From: Treponemataceae bacterium
Lineage (GTDB): Bacteria > Spirochaetota > Spirochaetia > Treponematales > Rectinemataceae
Length of the DNA: 64,000 nt
Direction: 5' to 3'
Assembly (NCBI GenBank): GCA_963677895.2
Contig: CAXXGJ010000038.1
Coordinates: 96,001-160,000 of the forward strand
The position numbers and the translations under genes are program-made. The notes under the pieces are model-generated. The model had not been told where the DNA came from, searched no databases, and was given only the letters and a program-made list of their open reading frames with translations. The first letter of the stretch is position 1. The number at the start of each line of letters is the position of its first letter. This document shows positions 56,995 to 64,000 of this stretch, one piece after another.

Positions 56995-57444
56995 ATCGTA
57001 GCTTTCGAGGGGATTCTGAACCAGGACTTTCTTTCCGCCAATCAGCTCGGCGATGCCTATTTCGTTCTTATACCGCGGAATGATATGCATATGAAGATGT
57101 TCGATGCTGCCGCCCGCCACCAAGCCCTGATTGTAGCCGATATTATATCCGGCCGGGTTATAGACGCTATCTAGTTTATCCAGACAGAGATTGACGGCAA
57201 GATTCATCGCCTGTTTTTCGTCCTCGTTGAAAAAGCGGATATCGGTGATATGGCGCCTGGGGAAAATGATGAGATGCCCTGGATTATAGGGATAGAGGTT
57301 TAAAGACACTATAAGATGTGCGTTTTCGTATACAACAAGGCGTTCCACATTCTCTGAACCGTCGCGAATCAGGCAAAGCGTGCAGCCGTGCAGCTTCTTC
57401 TCCTTCAGGTAGCCCATTTTATTGAAATTGAAGAAGTATTCCAT
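56932..57444 (-). CDS. HIT-family nucleotide hydrolase
   Basis: CTLC, NLYPYNPGH, AGGSIEHLHMHIIPR. Confidence 0.92.
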   Translation of the reverse strand: MEYFFNFNKMGYLKEKKLHGCTLCLIRDGSENVERLVVYENAHLIVSLNLYPYNPGHLIIFPRRHITDIRFFNEDEKQAMNLAVNLCLDKLDSVYNPAGYNIGYNQGLVAGGSIEHLHMHIIPRYKNEIGIAELIGGKKVLVQNPLESYDLLKKAFAAGGKDNEKGAGSR

Positions 57445-57488
57445 CGTCCCTCCTACAAACTTTGCATGTAGTATAGTACCATCTAACC

Positions 57489-57866
57489 ATGGAGCCTTCG
57501 GAAAAATCGGTCACTCGCGACAAAAATGCGGACGGAATCGTGTCCATTCGACGAATCTTCGGATGGGCGGCCCTAGCTTCGCTTTTGTTCATGCTCCTAT
57601 GCGTCGCCATCATGGCTTCCTCAAAGGCATTGAGGCTTGATCAGAAGGTCAACCAGGTCATCTTCGACTGTCTTTTTTATGGCGGCCTCGGATTTTTCGT
57701 AACGACCTCAGCCAGATTCTGCCTGGACATTATGTATGGCATATTAGGACTTTTGCAAGTAAAAATAACCGAGCTTCTCGCCTGGCTGGCGCTTTCGATT
57801 TTCAGTCTGCTGCCCATCGCCGCGATGTATGCCTTCCTGCGGTTGGCCGCAGGTTTTCGGGCCTGA
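57489..57866 (+). CDS. Hypothetical membrane protein (3 TM)
   Basis: 125 aa hydrophobic ORF filling the gap between the HIT gene and gltX. Confidence 0.65.
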   Translation: MEPSEKSVTRDKNADGIVSIRRIFGWAALASLLFMLLCVAIMASSKALRLDQKVNQVIFDCLFYGGLGFFVTTSARFCLDIMYGILGLLQVKITELLAWLALSIFSLLPIAAMYAFLRLAAGFRA

Positions 57867-57891
57867 AAGCGCTTTTCACCTGGACCCTTCC

Positions 57892-57920
57892 TTGACCCTT
57901 GAAAGGACGGGAGCTATACT
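57892..57920 (+). promoter_or_regulatory. gltX promoter
   Basis: TTGACC-N17-TATACT. Confidence 0.7.
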
Positions 57921-57950
57921 CGCGAGTCGTTTAGAGACAAGGAGCTGCCG

Positions 57951-59441
57951 ATGAGCACAAGAGTGAGGTATGCGCCTTCCCCCACGGGAAACCAGCATAT
58001 TGGCGGAGTTCGCACGGCCCTGATCAATTATCTTTTCGCCCGTTCGAGCGGCGGAACCTTCATCCTCAGGCTCGAGGATACGGACCGAACCCGCTATTCA
58101 GACGAATACGTGAAGAACCTTTACGATACCTTCAAGTGGCTGGGTTTCTACTGGGACGAAGGTCCCGATGTCGGAGGCCCCGCGGGACCCTACGTTCAGT
58201 CGGAGCGTTTTCCCATCTACAGGGAGTATGCCGAAAAGCTCGTCGCCATGGACAAGGCCTACTATTGCTTCTGCGACGAGGAGAGGCTGGGCAAGCTCAG
58301 GGAAGATCAGGCGCTGGCCAAGACGGGAGACCAGGGCTACGACCGGCACTGCAGGAACCTCGATAAAGCCGAGGTCGAAAAAAATCTCGCCGAAGGCAAG
58401 AATTACGTGATTCGCCTCAAGATACCCATGGAAGGGACAACCGTATTCCATGACAGGCTTCTAGGCTCCATCGAGTGGAAAAACGAGGACATCAGCCCCG
58501 ATCCGGTGCTGCTCAAGTCCGACGGTTTTCCGACCTATCATCTCGCCAACGTGGTGGACGACCATTTGATGAATATTACCCAGGTCATGAGGGCCCAGGA
58601 GTGGATACCTTCGGCTCCCCTGCACAGGATCATGTACGACGCCTTCGGCTGGGAGATGCCCGAGCTTTGCCACCTCCCCATGGTGCTCGGCCAGGACGGC
58701 CACAAGCTTTCGAAGCGCCATGGCGCCACCGCCGTCAACGAATTCAGGAAAGCCGGCTACCTCCCCGAGGCGCTGATCAATTATATCGCCCATCTGGGAT
58801 GCTCCTTCGAGGAAGGACGCGATCTCTTCAGCCTCGGCGACATGGAGAGGCTCTTCAAGCTGGAGAAGTTGAACAAGGCTCCCGCCATATTCGATTACCA
58901 GAAGCTCGAATGGTTCAATGGACAATATATCAGGATGAAGACCGACGCCGAACTGGCGGCGGCCGTAAGACCTTTCCTCGTCGAGGCGGGGCTTCGTAAA
59001 ACCGGCCTTGGCGCCGCGGAAGACGAGAAAGCGGAGGCCTTCGAAGTGAAGGCCATGCCGCTCGTGAAGGAGAGACTCAAGCTCCTCTCCGAAGCGCCGG
59101 CCATGATGGCCTACCTGTACGGCAGGCCGGCCTTGCCCGCGGTCGAGGAGTTCATCCCCAAGAAACTCGATGTCGCCGCGGCCGTAGCCATGCTTCGGGA
59201 GAATCTGGCCCTCGTCCGCAGCGTCGATTTCAGCGACATCCCCGCCGCGGAGGAGTGCTTCAAGGCGCGGTCGGTAGAGATCAACGCCAAGCTCGGGAAC
59301 ATGCTCATGCCGCTCCGCGTGGCGATCACCGGATCCAGGGTGAGTCCGCCTCTTTTCGAATCCATCCAGCTCCTCGGAGCGGAGGAATCCGCCGCGCGAA
59401 TAGAAGCGGCAATCGCCTATCTTGGCGCACAGAAGGTCTGA
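57951..59441 (+). CDS. gltX: Glutamyl-tRNA synthetase
   Basis: RYAPSPTG.QHIGG, EDTD, PTYHLANVVDDH, KLSKR, PLRVAITG. Confidence 0.97.
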   Translation: MSTRVRYAPSPTGNQHIGGVRTALINYLFARSSGGTFILRLEDTDRTRYSDEYVKNLYDTFKWLGFYWDEGPDVGGPAGPYVQSERFPIYREYAEKLVAMDKAYYCFCDEERLGKLREDQALAKTGDQGYDRHCRNLDKAEVEKNLAEGKNYVIRLKIPMEGTTVFHDRLLGSIEWKNEDISPDPVLLKSDGFPTYHLANVVDDHLMNITQVMRAQEWIPSAPLHRIMYDAFGWEMPELCHLPMVLGQDGHKLSKRHGATAVNEFRKAGYLPEALINYIAHLGCSFEEGRDLFSLGDMERLFKLEKLNKAPAIFDYQKLEWFNGQYIRMKTDAELAAAVRPFLVEAGLRKTGLGAAEDEKAEAFEVKAMPLVKERLKLLSEAPAMMAYLYGRPALPAVEEFIPKKLDVAAAVAMLRENLALVRSVDFSDIPAAEECFKARSVEINAKLGNMLMPLRVAITGSRVSPPLFESIQLLGAEESAARIEAAIAYLGAQKV

Positions 59442-59445
59442 AATC

Positions 59446-60957
59446 GTGCAGGTTAAAGCATTCGACAACGAAAAATATTTGGCTGAGCAGGCGGCATTCA
59501 TAAGCGCCAGGGCGGTTGGAACCGAAAAACTTTACCTGGAATTCGGAGGGAAACTCCTCTGGGACTGGCACGCGGCCAGGGTTCTTCCTGGCTATGATCC
59601 CAACGTCAAGATCAAACTTCTGTCCATGCTCAAGGACAAGGCCGAAGTCATACTGTGCATCTACGCCGGCGATATAGAGAGAAAGCGTATGCGCGGCGAT
59701 TTCGGCATCACCTACGACGCGAGCGCGCTGCAGATTCTCGACCAGCTGGCGGATTGGGGCGTTTCGGTCGCGGCCGTCGTGATAACCCGCTTCGAAGGCC
59801 AGCCCGCCGCCGAGCAGTTCGGCTCCCTTCTGGAACGCAGGGGCGTGAAGGTATTCAAGCATAAGCCGACGAAAGGCTATCCCAACGATGTCGAATGCAT
59901 CGTGAGTCCGGAAGGCTACGGCGCGAACGACTATATTCCGACCACCAAACCCATCGTCGTCGTCACGGGGCCGGGACCGGGCTCGGGCAAGCTCGCCACG
60001 GCCCTGTCCCTCGTCTACAAAGACTATCTCGACGGCAGGAAGGCGAGCTACGCCAAGTTCGAGACCTTTCCCGTGTGGAACATGCCGCTGAAGCATCCCC
60101 TCAACATCGCCTACGAGGCCGCCACGGTGGATCTCGGGGATTTCAACTGCGTCGATCCCTTCCATCTGGAAGCCACCGGCGAAACCTCCATCAACTATAA
60201 CCGCGACGTGGAAGTGTTCCCCGTGCTCCGCCATATCCTCGACAAGGTTTCAGGCGGCGCCGCGGGATACCGCTCCCCGACGGAGATGGGAGTCAACCGC
60301 ATCGCTTCGGGAATCGTCGACGATCAGGCGGTGCGGGAAGCCGCATGCCAGGAAATCATACGCCGCTATTTCCGGCACAGCTGCGAGTATGCCCTGGGAA
60401 TCTCCGAAAAGCCGCTCATCCTTCGCGTTCAGGCCATCATGGACGAGCTGGGAGTGAAGCCCGAGGACAGGAAGGTCGTGGGCCACGCCAGGACGGCGGC
60501 TGAAAAAGCCTTGAAAGAAGGGAAGGGAAACCAGGGCATATGCGTCGGAGCCGCCTTGGAGCTCCCCGACGGCTCCATCGTCACCGGGAAGAACTCGCCC
60601 TTCCTCCACGCGTCCAGCGCCGTGGTTCTCAATGCCGCGAAACATCTGGCCGGAATTCCATCCAAGATACACCTGCTCCCGCCTGTCGTCACGGCGAGCA
60701 TCGCGAGCCTGAAGCGGGATGTCCTGGGGCGAAAATCGGTGTCCCTGAGCCTGGATGAAGCCCTCATCGCCCTCTCCGTCAGCGCGGCCATGAATCCTTC
60801 AGCCCAGGCCGCCATGGAAGCCCTCAAGGCCCTGTCCGGCTGCGAGCTGCACCTTACGCACATACCGGCCACGGGAGACGAAGTAGGCTTGCGCCGATTG
60901 GGTCTGAACGCTACGAGCGATCCTTTCTTCGCAGGCAACAACCTTTTTCATTCCTGA
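59446..60957 (+). CDS. DUF1846 (UPF0371) P-loop protein
   Basis: KLYLEFGGKL..D.HAARVLPG, GPGSGKLAT, YAKFETFPVWN, NYNRDVE, PTEMGVN; GTG start 4 nt after the gltX stop. Confidence 0.88.
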   Translation: MQVKAFDNEKYLAEQAAFISARAVGTEKLYLEFGGKLLWDWHAARVLPGYDPNVKIKLLSMLKDKAEVILCIYAGDIERKRMRGDFGITYDASALQILDQLADWGVSVAAVVITRFEGQPAAEQFGSLLERRGVKVFKHKPTKGYPNDVECIVSPEGYGANDYIPTTKPIVVVTGPGPGSGKLATALSLVYKDYLDGRKASYAKFETFPVWNMPLKHPLNIAYEAATVDLGDFNCVDPFHLEATGETSINYNRDVEVFPVLRHILDKVSGGAAGYRSPTEMGVNRIASGIVDDQAVREAACQEIIRRYFRHSCEYALGISEKPLILRVQAIMDELGVKPEDRKVVGHARTAAEKALKEGKGNQGICVGAALELPDGSIVTGKNSPFLHASSAVVLNAAKHLAGIPSKIHLLPPVVTASIASLKRDVLGRKSVSLSLDEALIALSVSAAMNPSAQAAMEALKALSGCELHLTHIPATGDEVGLRRLGLNATSDPFFAGNNLFHS

Positions 60958-61081
60958 AGTGGCAATTCAGTCTCTAAAGTGAAGGTTTAGCGACTAATCT
61001 CCTCTCCTCCGCCTTGACCGTCCGCCTCGTTGCGCGGCATAGTAACGCCACCACGCCCCTGAAGCGCGGCAAGGAGCCATT

Positions 61082-62803
61082 ATGAGCGACGAAGAAAGGA
61101 AAGAAGAGGGGTTCGCTGATTTTATCCGCGAGGCCGTTGCGAAAGACCTGGCCGAAGGGAAAACGAAGGAAGTCCATACGAGATTTCCTCCAGAACCCAA
61201 CGGTTGGCTGCATATCGGCCACGCCAAAGCCATCTATGTGGATTTCGGCACCGCCCAGAGTTTCGGCGGGAAATGTAATCTCCGTTTTGACGACACCAAT
61301 CCTGAAAAAGAAGACCTCTCTTATGTGGAAGCCATAAAGCGCGACGTAAGCTGGCTGGGCTACGACTGGGAAGACAGGCTGTTCTTCGCTTCGGACTATT
61401 ACGAAAAGCTCTACGAACTGGCTTGTCTCCTCATTCGAAAAGGCCTGTCTTATGTCGACGATCTCGATGAGGAACAGATAAAGGAATACAGGGGAACCAA
61501 CGTTCCCGATAAAAACAACATCACCTATACGCCTCCAGGGAAAAACAGCCCCTTCAGGGACAGGTCGGTGGAGGAAAACCTCGACCTTTTCTCGAGAATG
61601 AGAGCGGGGGAATTCGCCGACGGTTCGAAAACCCTGAGGGCGAAGATAGACATGGCCCATCCCAATCTCCTCATGCGAGACCCTGTGATGTACAGGATCA
61701 GACGCGAGCCGCACTACAGAACCGGCACGAAGTGGTGCATCTACCCCATGTACGACTTCCAGCACCCGCTTTCGGACGCCATAGAAGGCGTTACCCATTC
61801 GCTCTGCTCCCTGGAATACGAGATACACCGGCCGCTCTACGATTGGTTCATAAGCAACTGCGGCGTGTTTCCTTCACGCCAGATCGAGTTCGCGCGCCTC
61901 AACATCACCCATACCCTTCTATCAAAGCGTCTGCTCATTCAGCTCGTCCGTGAGAAGAGAGTGTCGGGATGGGACGATCCGAGAATGCCTACCATTGCGG
62001 GATTGCGCCGCCGGGGCTATACCCCGGAAGCCATCAAGGATTTTCTCGGCCGCATCGGCATCGCCAAGACCGATTCCATGGTGGATATCCAACTCCTGGA
62101 GCATTGCGTGCGCGAAGATCTCAATAAAAAGGCGCCGCGCTTCATGGCGGTCCTGCGTCCCCTGGAACTGGTGATCGACAACTGGCCAGAGGGGCATATC
62201 GAGATGCTCGAAGCGGTAAACAATCCCGAAAACCCCGAAGCGGGCAAAAGAACGCTTCCTTTCTCGGGTAGACTCTATATCGAAAAGGACGATTTCAAGG
62301 AAATCCCGCCTCCCAAATACTTCAGGCTTTTTCCCGGCAACCAGGTCCGCCTCCGCTACGGCTATATCGTGACCTGTACCGGATTCGATAGGGACCCGGC
62401 CACGGGCGATGTCGTACGCGTGCACTGCAGCTACGATCCGGCCACGAAAGGCGGAGACGCTCCCGACAACCGCAAGGTCAAGGGAACGATTCATTGGGTT
62501 TGCGCCGACGGCGCCGTCCCTCTCGAAGCGAGGCTCTACGACAATCTATTCGCCGCCGAAAGACCCATGGATCTGCCAGCGGGAGGATCTTTCCTGGACA
62601 ATCTGTCCCCGAACTCGCTCGAGACCGTGCCAGGAGCCTTCGGCGAGCCCGCTCTGGCGGGAATCCAGCCAGGGCAGACGGTGCAGTTCGAGAGGCTTGG
62701 GTATTTCTGCGCCGATCCCGATTCGAAACTAGGGAAAACCCTTTTCAATAGGACCGTCACGCTCAGGGACAGCTGGGCGAAAATCGAGAAAAAGGGAAGT
62801 TGA
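61082..62803 (+). CDS. glnS: Glutaminyl-tRNA synthetase
   Basis: RFPPEPNG.LHIGH, FDDTNP, IYPMYDF, QIEFARL, LSKR, KGTIHWV, QFERLGYF, FNRTVTLRD. Confidence 0.96.
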   Translation: MSDEERKEEGFADFIREAVAKDLAEGKTKEVHTRFPPEPNGWLHIGHAKAIYVDFGTAQSFGGKCNLRFDDTNPEKEDLSYVEAIKRDVSWLGYDWEDRLFFASDYYEKLYELACLLIRKGLSYVDDLDEEQIKEYRGTNVPDKNNITYTPPGKNSPFRDRSVEENLDLFSRMRAGEFADGSKTLRAKIDMAHPNLLMRDPVMYRIRREPHYRTGTKWCIYPMYDFQHPLSDAIEGVTHSLCSLEYEIHRPLYDWFISNCGVFPSRQIEFARLNITHTLLSKRLLIQLVREKRVSGWDDPRMPTIAGLRRRGYTPEAIKDFLGRIGIAKTDSMVDIQLLEHCVREDLNKKAPRFMAVLRPLELVIDNWPEGHIEMLEAVNNPENPEAGKRTLPFSGRLYIEKDDFKEIPPPKYFRLFPGNQVRLRYGYIVTCTGFDRDPATGDVVRVHCSYDPATKGGDAPDNRKVKGTIHWVCADGAVPLEARLYDNLFAAERPMDLPAGGSFLDNLSPNSLETVPGAFGEPALAGIQPGQTVQFERLGYFCADPDSKLGKTLFNRTVTLRDSWAKIEKKGS

Positions 62804-62892
62804 GCGCCGTAAAACAGCCCAACCCCTTATAAATAATCCGTTCGCTTTTTCTGCGGGCGGCGAGATACGGGTATTCTGTTTCAGGAGGAAGC

Positions 62893-64000
62893 ATGAGAAC
62901 GCGTTTTACGAAGGTGATGGTATCGGTGATGGCGGTTTTGGCCGCTTTCGCGATGATATCCTGCGGCGGCAAGAACTCAAAGGAGATCAAGATCGGTTCC
63001 GTGAACCCGCTCTCCGGCGAGGCCGCCACCTATGGCACTTCGACCAAGAACAGCGTTGAGCTGGCGACAGCCGAGTGGAACGCTGCCGGTGGCATCAATG
63101 GCAAACAGATAAAGCTGATCATTGAAGACGACAAGGCTGATCCAGCCGAAGGCGCAACGGTCTTTCGCAAGCTCATCGAGCAGGATAAGGTAGTCGCCAT
63201 CATCGGCGGCATCACCTCCCGCGTCGCCCTCGCCGCGGCACCGGTCGCGAACGATGCCAAAATCCCCCTCATCACCCCCACGGCTACCAACGAGAAAGTG
63301 ACCCAGATCGGCGAATACGTTTTCCGTTCCTGCTTCATCGACCCCTTCCAGGGCAAGGTTATGGCGAAATATGTCGCCGGGGATATGGGCATCAAGAACG
63401 CCGGCATCATCTTCGATGTGGGCAACGACTATTCGAAGGGTCTCTCCGAGACCTTTACGCAGTCGTTCGAGGCGCTTGGCGGAAAAATCATCGCCAATGA
63501 AGGCTACCCCTCCGGCACAACCGATTTCAAAGCCCAGCTGACCAAGATCGTCCAGGCCAAGCCTGAATGCCTCTACATCCCCGCCTATTATTCCGACGTC
63601 GGCCTCATCACCAAACAGGCGCGCGAGCTCGGCTTCAAAGGCACTTTCGTGGGAGTCGACGGCTGGGATTCTTCAGACCTCGTGAAGATCGGCGGCGACT
63701 CGGTCGAAGGCGGTATCTTCACCAACCACTATTCCAAGGATGACGCTTCCGAAGTGGTGCAGAGCTTCGTGAAGAAGTACACCGATAAGTACGGCGTCGC
63801 ACCCGACGCTCTCGCCGCGCTTGCCTACGATGCGACAAACATCCTCTACGACGCGATAAAGCGCGCCGGCAACACAAAGCCGGACGCCATCCGCGACGCG
63901 CTCAAGGCAACCGATCTCGCTTGCGTGGGCGGCCAGATCAAGTTCGACGAGTTCCGCAACCCAGTCAAGTCGGCAGTCATCATCGAGATGAAGGGTGGCC
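62893..64000 (+). CDS. Branched-chain amino acid ABC transporter substrate-binding lipoprotein, LivJ/K-like (3' partial)
   Basis: AGGAGG RBS; MRTRFTK...AMISC lipobox; IKIG..PLSG, EDDK, FRSCF.DP.QG, DFKAQLT, DGW; open to the window end. Confidence 0.9.
   Translation, partial: MRTRFTKVMVSVMAVLAAFAMISCGGKNSKEIKIGSVNPLSGEAATYGTSTKNSVELATAEWNAAGGINGKQIKLIIEDDKADPAEGATVFRKLIEQDKVVAIIGGITSRVALAAAPVANDAKIPLITPTATNEKVTQIGEYVFRSCFIDPFQGKVMAKYVAGDMGIKNAGIIFDVGNDYSKGLSETFTQSFEALGGKIIANEGYPSGTTDFKAQLTKIVQAKPECLYIPAYYSDVGLITKQARELGFKGTFVGVDGWDSSDLVKIGGDSVEGGIFTNHYSKDDASEVVQSFVKKYTDKYGVAPDALAALAYDATNILYDAIKRAGNTKPDAIRDALKATDLACVGGQIKFDEFRNPVKSAVIIEMKGG

Noticed and set aside
60958..61081. T-box leader before glnS
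   Set aside because: Region too short, with no AAGGTGGCACC-like T-box or terminator

Overview
64 kb of mostly core chromosome from a GC-rich, probably anaerobic spirochaete. The lineage is inferred from tRNA-Arg(UCG), a TPR-fused small alarmone synthetase, spirochaete-like lipoproteins and the rpmF-acpP-rnc order. It carries kdpD(partial)/kdpE, a divergent EF-G paralogue, 8 tRNAs, rnhA, an ABC exporter pair, ferredoxin, nrdJ with NrdR boxes, lepA, uvrB, aroK, thiBPQ behind a TPP riboswitch, tig-clpP-clpX, lnt, coaD, a CCA-adding enzyme, thiN, gltX and glnS. No CRISPR, integrase or IS element was seen. Four things stand out. (1) After tRNA-Arg(UCU) sits a self-contained periplasmic redox cassette: a Tat-exported FAD reductase with a non-fumarate active site, a tetraheme cytochrome c whose linker carries two flavinylation-type motifs (DATSGAS, DAVSSAT), and its own tatA-tatC-tatB. 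(2) A COG2403 P-loop enzyme (likely the ATP-conserving arginine synthetase ArcE) lies head-to-head with arginine deiminase across an ARG box. (3) An MFS-photolyase-glutaredoxin-FTR-cysteine desulfurase-ThiI operon could be a light/UV and thiol-redox module. (4) At least nine genes have leaderless-type promoter geometry. All assignments come from motif recognition by eye; no database search was run.
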